Assembly: GCA_951406725.2 (NCBI GenBank)
Contig: OX597823.1
Span: 26,184,001 to 26,308,000 of the forward strand
Source: Octopus vulgaris
Lineage: Eukaryota
Length of the DNA: 124,000 nucleotides
Reading direction: 5' to 3'
Under the pieces are notes generated by a model. It did not search any database and had not been told where the DNA came from. It saw only the letters and a list, made by a program, of their open reading frames with translations. Made by a program: the position numbers and the translations under genes. This document shows positions 68,011 through 81,917 of this stretch, one piece after another; the first letter of the stretch is position 1; the number at the start of each line of letters is the position of its first letter.

Positions 68011-70012
68011 TGTTCTTAGTCTGGCTACTATGCTTTGAGAGTGTACATCCCTACTGGTTACCTACACAACAAAATCCTCAGACTGGTTTCAGTTGCTGGC
68101 TTGAAGCCAAACTGTCTTATTCTATCATTATTTGTTGAATGGTTATTTTTGATGTGACAGCTTTCAGTAGTTTCCGTCTTTCCCTATTCCTGTTTTGAAG
68201 TATCAATCTACCCCAAACTGCATTAGACACACATCTTTGGTGCTCTGCGGTAGGATTAAATACAACACCATTTAATTACTTTATCATTTTGTACTAATAA
68301 AGTGTAAAACTTGTCATGATTTTATTGCAAAGGTCAATCAACGTGTGCATGTACAGATGCACACATATCTTCATGAGTCAAATGAAATTCGTTAAGACAG
68401 ATTGTTTTTCTATGGTCAGAAACTCTTCTTGTTGCCAACCCTACCTCATTCTCAAGCACATTTTGCTTTAGTCTGGACATGCTTACAATTAGTGAATGAT
68501 CAAGACAAGAAAAGGTACGCATGTATCTCCCTACACACACACATACCCCTACCTACCTACATATCTACATACCTAGTTTTCAGTAATGCAACAGTGAATA
68601 TGATTATGTAAGCCTGAAAAACATGGCCTGGCTTTAGTTTCTGATAAAAGTTTTTATTCTCTTCAGCTTTGCCGTTGTCCTTGGAGGAAAGGCATGAATG
68701 TTATCCTCCCCCATTATTTATGAGTTCTTCTACCTATGCTAAGTACCATGTTGGTAGAACCCTTACAACACTGAACTAAAACATTTTACCCCTGTTATGT
68801 TCTGACTAAAAAAATCACACCAGGTAGTTGATAATACACTTGTGGTCAGTTCAAAGAATCCTATTCCTTCTGCAAAAAGAATATGTTCTGTGCTTAGTCC
68901 AAAGAAATCAATATTACTTTATGCATGGTTTCCCTTCTAAATTTCCATTTGCTCATTCTTCCCTCATCTACCATTTTTCCTAATTCCACTTGTTTTATTC
69001 CTTAATCTATCAAGAAACAGTCCGATAAAAGAGCTTAGAAGAAATATTCTTGATCTCTGTTCATTTTGTTGCTGTTTTGCTCTCTACATTTTGTGTGCTT
69101 TCCTCGGCTTAAGTTTGCTACAGATAACATGTAAAATGTGGATTTCTGTGCGTTTCTGTTGTGGCAGTGCCAAACAAATAAGATATAATTAGCCAGCTAC
69201 TCTTCCACAACACAATTGCATTTCTAGAGTAGGTTTTAATTTTTTTTTCCTTTTCTTTTCTTGCTTTTTTTTTTTTTATACTTTTCCTTGTCTTGTCACT
69301 GCAAACACAATCAAAAAGGAGGTGGGGAAAACAGAATGAAAAAAAGAAAAGAAGACAGAAAAAAAATATATTTCAGACTAGATTTTGTGTAGGCTGGTCC
69401 AGAATAAACTCCCCAGTTGCTTGCTGAAAGAAAGAAAGGATGTTACTGTCATTGGTTGAGATACACCATTATATATATATATATCCTTGCCACTTGACAA
69501 ACTCTGTCTTCTCCTCAAGTAAGCAGTAATGCTTAATGTTTCTTTGGGTTCTCTTTATCTTGCTCTCCTCTCACTCTTCTTTTTTACTTTGATATTTTGT
69601 TCCACTCTTTCTACAGTGACTGGCTGCATATTTGTTGTTGTTGCTGATTGTTAAGATTTATTTTAGTTTTTCCTAACACTAATCTGTTTGTCCTTGCTTT
69701 GCTGCCTACATTTTTTGTCCTTTCGCCTGCAGGTGATTGAGTTGTTTGTTGTTATTTATTATTTTTTTTTTTACTTAAATTTTCATCTTGGAGGGGGAAA
69801 TATCTACAGTTCACTGAAGAAAGAAAAGTGTACTTTTGTATCTGTACACCCTGTATGGTGCTATTTAGTATGCCACCATCACCCATTTCTCTCCTTTTTG
69901 CTTAATTGTATCATTTGAAAGTTATTTTTAAATTTATTTATTATGCTGTCTGTGGATCATTGATGAATTCTCTTTCAAAGCCAAGTGAAGAAGACTTAAT
70001 GAATTTATTTTT

Positions 70013-70056
<44 letters not shown>

Positions 70057-70084
70057 ACACACCCACCCAATGTCAATTTGATTA

Positions 70085-70111
70085 TTAATTTTTTTCTTTT
70101 TTTCTTTACAG
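70085..70111 (+). promoter_or_regulatory. 3' splice acceptor of the ZNF800-like coding exon
   Basis: ttttttcttttttttctttacag|GTGAAAC, 19 nt upstream of the ATG. Confidence 0.75.
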
Positions 70112-70130
70112 GTGAAACATTGGACCAAAC

Positions 70131-72203
70131 ATGGAATTTAATGAAGAAGAAACTGTCAGTGTAAATACCAGGGACATTGACTTATCTCTTTTACGTAAGT
70201 CATTGCAAGCCAGGGGAAAAACAATTGATCAGCTTGTAAACTGCATATATTATGGCACCACTGAAGTCCGACAGTATATCCTTAATGAGTCGGATGTCAT
70301 TATTGAATGTAAGGCATGCCGCAACCTTTTCCGAGCATTACCTAACTTTGTGGCTCACAAGAGAATTTATTGTATGGATTCACACCTTAATGTCAACATA
70401 CCACTACTACGTGATCCAGAAGAAGTAATCTCTGTGAATCCTGAGCCACCAGATGGTGAAGAAGGTGATGATTTTATTGAAACGTCTATTGGCCTGGCGA
70501 AGCAGAATTTGATGAATGGACGAGATATGTCCCTTGATGAAAATTACATGAGTTCAGAGAGCGATACTGTAAGGTCAGAGACTCAGTTCTACGAGAGAAT
70601 TTGCAATCAGCTTGAAAAGCAAAAACCTGACCCCACCATTGGTGTTCGGTTCGAGCCAATTGAAGGAACTGATGTTGCTGTGAGAGTTGTGCCTCTCACT
70701 TCAGAATGTGATGCTAAGCTAGCTCAGGAAAACAATATATCAAAACAGAAAGTCCGTATACTAAGTCATCCGAATAAGATACAATCTAGCTCCAAGGTTA
70801 CTCTTAAAACGGATCTAAAAACAAAGAAAGATATTAAGTTAAAAGCGGATTTTCGACAATTGCGCTGCTTGGAATGTAATCGGACAATGTCCTCTCGGCG
70901 TTATCTGGTGGAACACATTCTGAATTTACACAGCGACAAGCGGCGTTATTTCTCTTGTCCTTACTGCAAAGTTAAGTTCCGTTATTTTCACTGTGTTGTA
71001 CGTCATCTTCGAAGAGTACATGAATGTAGCAAAGATGTGATAGACAACATGCGTGAAAATCTCAGGAACTCTAGCTGGATCGAGAACTCTCCCAACAAAG
71101 CAAATAACAAAGTGCAACCCTTGCCCTCTACATCTTCACATTTTAAAGGTGAAGCTTCAAAGATTATTTCCCCAAAGAACAAAGAACATTCTGGTAAAGT
71201 TCAAAAACTGAAAGTGAAGTTATTTAGTCAAAAGAACACTCCTAGCAAGAGCAACCATACAGAATTTTATCCTCCTCTTACTGTCGTCAAGCAGGAAGTT
71301 TTAAGCGAGGAAGAGTCTGCAAAGGATTCTGATTCAGAAGTCAACACGGCTAAAGATTTGGATGTGAAAGATATGACAGGAAAACACCGGCCTCCTACTT
71401 TAGCTCAGAGAAAGAAAATGGCCATGCTAATGGATAAGAAAAGCTTGACCTGTTTACAGTGCAATCGAGGCTTTTCGAGAATGTCTGGTTTGGTGCGACA
71501 TGTTGCGCACCATTTGGGCTGGAAACGATTCAAATGCAAGTTGTGTATGTACTCTGGCTATGACAGGTATGTTTGCAAATCGCATATTGAAAGAAACCAT
71601 CTTGGTAAAGTTCCTGGTCTAACAAGGAAAGTAATGGATTACTACATTGTTGACCTCGAGGATGGTAAAATTGTTAATCCAGATGGTACTAAAAGTAAGA
71701 AGTTAGGTCTCAAACTTGGTGTAAATCCTACTAAAAAGTCTACTTTATCATCAGCATCCACAGACATAAAACCAGTCACAGTATGCACAAGTCTGGGAAA
71801 TAGCAGTGGGCTTTCCAGTGTGGCCACTGTCAGACTTTCACCTCTTTCAAACGAACAACTCCAGTTGAGTAAAGGTTGTGCTATATCCGCCGACAAGTCT
71901 GAGAAACCTCTAAAAGGTTCTGACTTGAAGAAGAAACTTCTCTCTATGGTTGACTACAGAACTCTCAAGTGTCTTGAGTGTAATAGAACATGGAACAAAA
72001 GATCACATTTACTGCGGCATGCAGCACACCACATTGGTTGGAAGCGGTTTAAATGCAAGTTGTGTGTGTTCTCAGGTTATGATCGCTACATGTGTAAGTC
72101 TCATCTTAAACGATGCCATCTGGGCAAAATCCATGGACTCACAGTAAAAGTACTTGACTACTATATAGTAGATATGATGGAAGAAGAAAACGACGAGGTT
72201 TAA
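70131..72203 (+). CDS. ZNF800: ZNF800-like C2H2 zinc-finger protein, 690 aa, single coding exon
   Basis: Only long non-repetitive ORF. The N-terminus (DIDLSLLRKSLQ...ILNESDVIIECKACRNLFRALPNFVAHKRIYC) resembles the ZNF800 N-terminal CCHC-type finger region as I recall it. Three further pairs of CxxC...HxxxH fingers follow. A polypyrimidine tract and AG acceptor lie at 70110-70111, and an in-frame TGA at 70113-70115 precedes the ATG. Orthology was not tested by search. Confidence 0.8.
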   Translation: MEFNEEETVSVNTRDIDLSLLRKSLQARGKTIDQLVNCIYYGTTEVRQYILNESDVIIECKACRNLFRALPNFVAHKRIYCMDSHLNVNIPLLRDPEEVISVNPEPPDGEEGDDFIETSIGLAKQNLMNGRDMSLDENYMSSESDTVRSETQFYERICNQLEKQKPDPTIGVRFEPIEGTDVAVRVVPLTSECDAKLAQENNISKQKVRILSHPNKIQSSSKVTLKTDLKTKKDIKLKADFRQLRCLECNRTMSSRRYLVEHILNLHSDKRRYFSCPYCKVKFRYFHCVVRHLRRVHECSKDVIDNMRENLRNSSWIENSPNKANNKVQPLPSTSSHFKGEASKIISPKNKEHSGKVQKLKVKLFSQKNTPSKSNHTEFYPPLTVVKQEVLSEEESAKDSDSEVNTAKDLDVKDMTGKHRPPTLAQRKKMAMLMDKKSLTCLQCNRGFSRMSGLVRHVAHHLGWKRFKCKLCMYSGYDRYVCKSHIERNHLGKVPGLTRKVMDYYIVDLEDGKIVNPDGTKSKKLGLKLGVNPTKKSTLSSASTDIKPVTVCTSLGNSSGLSSVATVRLSPLSNEQLQLSKGCAISADKSEKPLKGSDLKKKLLSMVDYRTLKCLECNRTWNKRSHLLRHAAHHIGWKRFKCKLCVFSGYDRYMCKSHLKRCHLGKIHGLTVKVLDYYIVDMMEEENDEV

Positions 72204-74875
72204 GGAAAATATGAATTGCCACCATGATGGAAGGAAATACTCTGTATGGGAACAGCTGTGTGTGTGTATGTAAGCATGAGTATGTGTTTACACATTACAC
72301 GCATTCTCATTCACCTACACTCACACACATTTCAAATGAATGGTAATTGTCAAATAGAATTTTAATAAATTCAAAATATACTGATGAAATGCATACACAT
72401 TGCTATATTTGCTATATGTATGAGTGTCTGTGTATCTGTGGTGTGCGTATTTGTATACATATATTTATGTATATAGATATGTCTTTGTGTATTATGTATA
72501 TATACATACATACACACATACATATGGGCGTGCATACATAAATGTAATATATTACAAGTACTTGTTTGTGTACAACACATACAGCAAAGTTTTTTTTTTC
72601 TTTTGTGTGTATGTATCTGAGATAATAATATTAATACCTTGTAGTATGTGAATTCTGTGCATATACATACATATGCATGCACACACACACACACACACAC
72701 ACAGCTACATAAAACATATACATGTAGTTGTGTATGTTCATTTTATTTAAATATAAACCATATATTTAAAAAAAAACAAAAAGAACCATTGAAGTGTAAG
72801 AATACCATTCCTTCTCTCTTTCTCTCTCTCTCCAAGATCTGAACCCTCACCTACCCCCAGACAACTATTTTATGTTTGTCTCTTCCACATAATGTCATGA
72901 GGAACGATTCTTAATTGTTCCTTTGATAATATCAGTGTCATTGATGTCTCATTAGAAAAGATGTTACCATCAACATTTATTATTATTATTATTATATTTT
73001 GGATTGGTTCTATCCACTTCCATGTCTTTTCACTAAAACTTACACTTCAACCATTTTCTTTCATTTATTTTTTTATTGTGAGTTGAATGTTTATTTTCAT
73101 GTTTTAACATGAGTTTAAGAGTGTTTGTCATATTTCTGCTATGGATTTTTGGTTATATATATATACACTCACACACACACATACATACTTACAACATACA
73201 TACATATAGAGATAGATAGATAGATACACACACACACGTTTAATCATAATGAAGATTTTTGTGAGAAGAGGGAATATCTGTTTACTTACATGATTTATAT
73301 AAGCCACAATATCCTCTCATGGTGGCCAAATTTTTAATTTCTCATTGGCAGGTAGCATGGATTTCAAATTCCGCCAAGGCTGACTTTGCCTTTCATCCTT
73401 TCGGGGGTCGATGAAATAAGTACCAGTTAAGCACTGGGGTCAATGTAATCTACTAACCTCCTCTCTGAAAATTTCAGGCTTTGTGCCTATAATGGAAAGG
73501 ATTATTATTAAGGGAATTGGATGGCTGCATCAGTTGCACATTGGACAAAATGCCTGGCAGTTTTACTTTAGTTACGTTCTTTTAAGCTCTGAGCTAAATC
73601 TTGCCAGAGTCTACTTTTACCTTTCAATCCACCTGTAATTTAAGTTCAGTCAACAAAAATCTTGGGCTAGTGTTAACAATCATCACCATCATCATCATCG
73701 TCATTGCCATCATCATCATCATCATCATTACTTTGTTTTAAGGAAGTTCATTTGCAGATATATGGCAATACACACACAAACACATGTAAATTTATAGTTT
73801 TATTTTTTCAATTGTTTTTTTTTTTTTTTTTTTTTTTTTTTTCCAAATTTAATTTTAAAAAGAAAATGGTACATTCTGAAGTATTTAAGTGTATTGTCCT
73901 AAATCATTTCCTGTTTAGTTGTAGAACTTAATATATTTTCACCCATCTTTCTTTGCTCTTGGTTGTGCTGAATCAAAGTTTCTACTTGTTGTCATTTGTT
74001 GTAATTGATGTTTCCAAATATGTTGTCAGTGGATAGAGCCATGGCAACCATTTAAATAACTACAGTCAGCATTTTCATTTTATTTATTATTATTTTTTTC
74101 TTCCAAACGGGGACATATTAATCTTCCAAATATGGTGTTAATGGAGGTAGACACCACCAGCTTGAAAATGCAGCAAATATTTGCTTCCTGAGTTATTTCT
74201 TGGTAAACTTTTCCCTTCCAAATACGTTGTCGATGGAGCTATGACAACCATTTGGTAACTGGAGTAAACCTTTCTCTTTCAAATAATTCACCAGTAAACA
74301 TTTCCCTCTGGAAAATGTTGTCAATAGTTATGACAACCTCTTAATAGCTGCAGTAAACCAATATATAGTTTATAGACCATTAACAGCTAATTGGTCACTC
74401 TTCTAAACATTTCCTTTACAAATATGTGTTAGTGGATATACTGCAGCTAACTGGTATCTTCAATAAATATCTCCTATTTAGAGATCTCAATGGCACCTTC
74501 TGCAAAGAATAGCTGCAATAAACATTTTCTCCATAGATATTTTTTTAAATCTATGAAAAAAAAAAACAGGGTATTTGGTGGTGGGGGGAACAGAGACCTT
74601 TCAATTTATGTTTATATTTTTCATACCCAAGTTTCTGTTTATTATTATAATTAATGACAATAGTAAAATGAAAATCATTGTTCTCTCTCTCTCTCTCTCT
74701 CTCTTCAAGAGTTGTATGTAAACTATTTTAATTTTCACCAAAGAATTTTGTCACCTTTCTACAGAAAATTTTGAGCCAAAGACAGACTTACTTATTGTAA
74801 TAAAAGTTTACTAGTCTGATTTTGTTAAAAATAAACTAAACTTAGAATGAGAATTAAAACCCGAATAAAAAAAAA
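72204..74875 (+). other. Probable long 3' UTR of ZNF800-like (may extend further, to ~82.7 kb)
   Basis: U-rich, TE-poor sequence after the stop codon. AATAAA signals near 74797 and 74864, with more near 77930 and 82685-82750. Confidence 0.4.
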
Positions 74876-75445
74876 GATGCAATGTGTCACCATCCTTAGA
74901 TTATGCATTTATCATGTAGTTTTTATGTTTAATACATATTTCAAGTTGAAGAACTCCATGTAGTTAATTGACTATTTTGAATTTCTCACTGGGAGCAATC
75001 ATCACATCAAATATGCAGTTTCTTGAAAACTACTTTTGCTGTGTAAATGGAGTGGTATTAAATTACATTGAATTTCTCTGCTTGAAAAAGATAAAAGATA
75101 TATTCATGCTACATGTTATTTACACCCCCCCCCCTTTTTTTTTTTGTCATTGCTACTACAACTCAGTGTGTATGGGTGTGTTCAACTTCAGTTTAGAGAC
75201 TGATTTGTGTCTTATGTTCTAAAAGTAAGAACTTTATAAGAATCTTATCGTCCCTGACCAAAAATCATAGTTGGCTGATCAAGAAAACTGTACAGTGAAC
75301 GTGGTTGAGATTCTTTATTTTGGCTGCCTAACTGTAAATAGGTACCATTGTGCAGGTATCCCTCAAAATTCATCCATTTTATTACTCAGGCTTTTACAAG
75401 TTTAAGGAGTACAAAAACTAAACAGATGATTCTTGAGGACTGCTT

Positions 75446-75493
<48 letters not shown>

Positions 75494-75673
75494 AACTACT
75501 TGAGGCAAAAGTTGAAAGGACTAATCTTGAGAACTATCTATTGAAACAACTACTTGTAAGCAATATCATATTTAAAGAATGTTTTATTAGCTTACACGGT
75601 TGGGTTTAAGTGCGAGTATAGTTCTAGAATGGTTTCCTCTGGGAAACCATTCCAGTGCTCTTCAGATCAGACT

Positions 75674-75715
<42 letters not shown>

Positions 75716-76460
75716 TTATAATAATATATTATAAAATATTATAATATATTATAAAATATTATAATAATCCAGGTTTCTCGGAGCACTAGGCCACTTGGTG
75801 TTGAATAGATATACTATTAAATTAGTATCTAATTCTCTCACCCTTATTAATTAATTATATATATATATATATAGTTTAATCAGTCATACCATTGTATCCA
75901 GAACCTGGATCTGATTTTGGTTGTGTGCGATGACTAGTGTGTAGTACTCTGTACTTAACAGACAGCCATCAATGTTTGAAACTAAAAGGTTTCTCTGTTG
76001 GTTAGAATTAGGGCTTGATAATAAAAAAAGCTCAGCAGAATTTTTTCTGATAATCCAAAGGTGATGAGTTCACTCAAAACAGTTGTTTGTAGCTGATTAA
76101 CTTTTTATCACGGGGACTCAATCCTCTTCTCACCAACTCCAACTGAAAAAGAGAATCTTGCTCCCCTTGTAGTTATGTGGATTAGGTTAGATAGATCACT
76201 TGATTATTTAAAATATATACTTTGTGTAAAGGTCCAAACTGACAAATCTAACATTGAAAAAGTTAAAAAAAAAAAATTTAAACTGAAGAAAACAAAGAAA
76301 AAGTTGCTGTAATATGTGAGAAATCTGTGTTGTCCTTATTTACTTGTATGGAATGTATTACCTCATAAGTCCACACAACAGGCTGACAGCACTCAAACAT
76401 TTCTATATTCATTTTCATTGAAAATAGGTCCAAATCTGCCCCCCCCCCCCTGTTTGTGTG

Positions 76461-76530
<70 letters not shown>

Positions 76531-79500
76531 TATATACATATATATATATATACATACACACATATGCACATACGCATGTGTATGGGAGACAGCTTTGTTC
76601 ATAAAGATGTTGGATAAAAAAAAACTCACTTGTGCTCCAGTTTCCTTTTTTTTATTAAAAATTTTCATATTTTTTTCAAGCTGTAAAGAATCTTTAATAA
76701 AATAGGGAAAAATCTAGAGCACAGTTAAGTTATCTAACACAACACACATATAAGTGTTTGCATATGTATGTACACATATAATATATATGTATAACATATA
76801 CATATGCACACACACACACACATGCATACAATTTTTTAATTGTCCATTTTATCTATTCCAATACGGGTGGGAGTTTTCTATTTATTTTCACTTTTGCGCA
76901 AAAGTGGACATTTGCATATGTTTTGGAACCATATTTACAGCTGGATGCCTTTACTACTACTAACTGTATGTAACGTTGTTGTGGAAAATAGTAGTATCCG
77001 CCAGGCAGCCTGAAGTAACAAAATGCTTGAAACTGTTAGGTTGGAGTTGTGACCATCTGGCCAATATAATGGCTCTCTAAACCCCACTTCAACTGTGGTT
77101 CTTGTATTATACATTATCTCCCACCCAACATAACTCATTAACAGTAATAATGTTATGTGTGTCCCTCCTGTCTCTCTCTGTCTCTCTCTCTCTGTCTCTC
77201 TCTCTCTTTCCCTCTCAACTAGCTCATTACTAGTGCTAGCACACTATATTAGAAATGGTGAATGAAATGACCACAAGATTTTGTTGAGGTGTCCATTATG
77301 TCTAATGGGGTAGGTGATCATGTGACTAGAGCGTTGTGTTACACAATGTTTCATATCCCCCAAGTGTTGTGAGTCCTCTTCATTCTCAGGTGTTTCATTG
77401 TGTAATTGTTAGGCAAGGCAGTTAATTCAGTGCCCCAATTCACCTGCCAGCAGCTGGGGAAGAGTGGTATGAAATCATATCTTTTGACTGTTTTCATTCA
77501 ATAGATAGTTCCCCTGTATAAAAGTAAGGTGGGTATTCATCTCTCATCCCATTAACATCACAGAGCCCAAAGATAAAGGGGTTTATTCTTTTTATGGAGG
77601 GAGGGGGGTACTTTGTGGTTTATGAAACCATTTTATCAACATATCACTGTAAAGGTTATAATAAAGTTATTACACCAGCTGCAGTCCTATATTCAAAAGG
77701 ACCAAATACTGGTTGAATTGAAACAATGTCATATTGGATACCCTTTTATGACCAAAATACCTAGTTATATCCACCTGAAGAATATTTACATTGAAAATGA
77801 TTTTATCTTGTCTGTATGTAACTTTCAAACATTTTCTACGTTTGATCCAATTTATACTGTTTTTTTTTTGAATTTATGGATTACTTTTCATTGTTTTTAT
77901 TGTTTATATTTTATTTATTTTGAATGTTGAATAAAAGAAAAAATTCATTGTTCCATTCCCCACTCCCACTCCAATTGTAATCTTTGTTTCTGAGATGGTG
78001 AGTTTGATGTAAACACTATTTAGTAGTATCCAACTAGATACTTTACTGTATTTAGTTTCGTCACTTTACGTGTTATTCAGATTCTGCCAGTGTGTGGCAG
78101 ATATGTTTTAATAATTAAATAATGAATTTATTTTTATTTATTTATTTTTTTTGCTATACTCTCCTACCTACCTCTAATTGTACTTCACCTAATGTCTGTA
78201 TCAGAAGTAATAGTATTATTCATATTGGTAGAATTGGTAGAGAACTGAGCTAAATACCTTGCCATATTTAGTTACATTCCTTAAAATGCTGTGTTCTGTT
78301 TGTGTTGAGGTTAACTATACCTTTCAGTAAAATTAATACCAGTTACAAACTTGGGTCCAATTCATTTAACTATTTGTCTTCCTTACAAATTTGTGGCTTT
78401 GAGCCAATGTTGGAATTTATTATTTATTTATTAGCTGAGAGGCTAAGAATTTTACTTTGCAACCCCATGGTCCCAGGTCTGATCCTACTGCATAGCAATT
78501 TGGGCAAGTATCTTCATCTGTAGCCATGTGTGTCTTTATATCTGTGTAAGCCAGTTTCAGGTTGCATGCTCTATTTGTCAAAGCATAACTCAGAAATTTG
78601 ATAAAGTAGGAAACCTGACTGAAATAAGTACTGGGGCCAATATGATTGACTAAAATCACCCTTGGAGGCAGGCCCTTGTATGGCTGCAGTCCAATGACTG
78701 AAACCAGTAAAAAAAAAATACACATGCAGTTACAGATTTGGAGGAATTTTTGAAAGTTAATATTTATTTTCTTTGATAACGATGAGTAATGATAAGGGTT
78801 TCTAATATAAACACAAGGCCTGAAATTTTGTGGGGAAGGGTAAGTCAGTAAAATCGACCCAGTATTTGACTGGTGCTTTATTTTATTGATACCTGGATGA
78901 GGGACACTGAAAGGCAAAGCTAACTATGATGTGATTTGAACTCAGACTGTAAAGAGCTGGAACAAATATAGTGAGGTATTTTGTCTAACGCTCTAATGAT
79001 TTTTGCCAATCTGTCACCCTAAATAAATAATAAGTTTTCAACTTCTATCTGAATCAGTTGCATATATATCATTTTAAATATGTTTCTCAATAACAATTTT
79101 TTGCTTAGATTGTTTTAGACATCACAGCTAAGGCCATATTGAAGCACTACCATGATATGCAAACGTCCTAAACTTCTGAATTCAACTAACAACCTTTTAT
79201 GATACAAGTCTCTTAATTGTTTAACTGTATACATCTCCCTCCACCTCCACCACCGCAATCACTGAGCTTCTACAGTTACTGCTTTACAGTAATTAATTCT
79301 GTCGTACTGTATCCTGGGTTCAAATTCCACTGGGGTAGGGTGCGTCAATTGATAAATGAGCATTAGTTATGTACAGAGGTCAGTTTCATTGACTATTTCC
79401 TCTCTACAGACTTGCAGTCCTGTGCCAATGTTGAGAATTCAACATTTCAAAAGAAAGTTGTTTTATCTCTTGATCTAGAAATATTCAATTGTCTTAGTTC

Positions 79501-80835
79501 AAAATATATTGTCTTTCCTCTTCTTCTTCCTCCTATCTAAATCTGTAACTAAAATTCTTGGAATGAGAGAAAATATCAGATACTTTGCAGTGAATCTGAG
79601 GTATAAGAAAACAACCCAACAAAAATAGAACATCAAATCAAATATATTTAATCCAGCAGCAAAGAATAAGATCATTTTTGTGGCTGATAAAAGTAAAACC
79701 GTATCAAAATAGCTGGAATACCGCTAAAACTCATACTTTTAATAAACTTTCCAACATAATTTTCAGGAATATAATGGGTTTAAAATAATAAAATTAATAA
79801 TAATAATAGTTATACAGTTGCTTTGAATAATTTGTTCACTCTAAATACCACTTTTTTTTTTTTTCTCCCTTAGTAGTTTACATTGAAGAAATTGGAGAGT
79901 AGTTTTCCTTTCTGAAATCTTATGAAGTTTACGTGCCAAATTAAAAATCTTGTGCTTGCAAGATGTGGTGTTTAATATTTTTATTTGAATTTTTTTTTTT
80001 TATACATTGAATTAGAAACCAAATATATTTCTTCCAAATCTTGATTTTAATTATAGTTTAAGGTTGTTGTTTTTTTTTCTTTATTTTCATTTTATAAATA
80101 TAAATTTCAAAACATCTTTGCTTCATGTTTAATATATGTTGTCAAATCTATAGGACAAAATGTTTTGATTTAAATTGCAAGGCAGTTTCTATATGAATAG
80201 TCTTTTATATATTTATTTACTTTTGTTAGTAAGAAGAGAAACATAATCTGATACATGAATTGTTACTAAACAAATGCTATGATTTGAGATAATATATATA
80301 TATATATAATTATCCATTATATATTTGTAGAATTCTAGAGACAGCAATGTCTGTTTTAACGTATTTAATATTGAGATTTTCTAAATCTCTGAACTATCAT
80401 AGATCAAGTATAAATCTCCCATTGACATGCTGGATACATCGAGTGTTTGGAAGCCTTAAATGACTACTGGTTCTCTCATCAACTTGGCAATGTATCCAAG
80501 ACAAAGTAACTGTCAGAGCACACACACACACATAGATAGATAGATGGATAATTATTAACAAAATACACTTATATATATTTATTCAAAACTGGTTATTTGC
80601 TCCAATGCTACTCAGTTCCTCTGTGGGTGTGTGGGTGGTTACTCAGGTAATAAAAAGATAGTTGTTTTTTTGTTTTTTTTTCATGTTTTTCTTTTTTTTG
80701 GTCACCTGAAGGATTGATTGCACATGATGTGAATCTCAAATGACAGTGAATAATTAGCTGCATTGAATGAATGAATAACTTCTGCATGTAATGAGCACTC
80801 TTTCTCCAGTGTGAACATCCAAGTGTCTCTCTCTC

Positions 80836-80880
<45 letters not shown>

Positions 80881-81875
80881 ATGTGTATATATATGCATAT
80901 GAATGTACCTGTGTGTGTGTGTGTGTATGTCATGTAAATAGGATTATATATCTCCACTTAAAAGTCTTGAGCAATTGATCATTTGGTAAGCTGTATTCAT
81001 CAGGTGCAACCAACTGTAAGGTCTGTGCTCAAAACCTTATTTATCTTTTTTTTATTTTTCGTCTAGCTGTGTTATAATTCCATTAAAACCTATTTATAAC
81101 AAACACATATCACTCTGCACACTTCCTACCCTAGTCTTTATTGAACTCTTGTGTTTCTGTATCACAAAATAATATAAATATACATACATACGAACATACA
81201 CAAATACAAATGATGGATGTTTGTAAAGGCCCACTACTCTCTAGTCTGCACCTCATTTGAGCCCTTTTAAAGTTTTTTTGGATATAAAATCAGCTAGATT
81301 TTGGCATTGGACATACACCAGCAATGATCATATTATTCATATCTGCTCATCTTATTTAAGTGCTCTTAGTTTAAGCAACAAACACAGGTCCATTTACATC
81401 TAACAAACTCCCATGTCTTTTGATTATATTTAGATTTTTTTTTTTACTTCTTTTCCATTCCTTTTTAAAATTAAATCTGCTTCAGATAAAGATGATATAG
81501 TTTGATTACCTTAATGTATAAATCTCTTAATCCCCCCCACCACCTATCTTGATTTTAAAATATATAAGTTTTTAACTTTTTTTTTGTCTGTTGTACTTGT
81601 TTCAGTTAAGCAAAAACCTGTAAAAAAAAAAAAAAAATTCAAATATAATTTTGAATAATTTTTTTTTTCATATTTCTTTATTCTCAGTGTTGTTGTTCTC
81701 TGTTTAATGTATTTTTCTTGAAAATATCAGTTGTCGTCCCCAACCTCCATAACAAGCAGAAAAATTAAAAGACTTAACTTACCTACCTGTTCACCTAGCT
81801 TTTTTGATATTTTTGTTGTTGCAATGTAATTTTTATTATGTTGAACATAAATGTCAAGCACTGTGGGGTTGTGGT

Positions 81876-81917
<42 letters not shown>

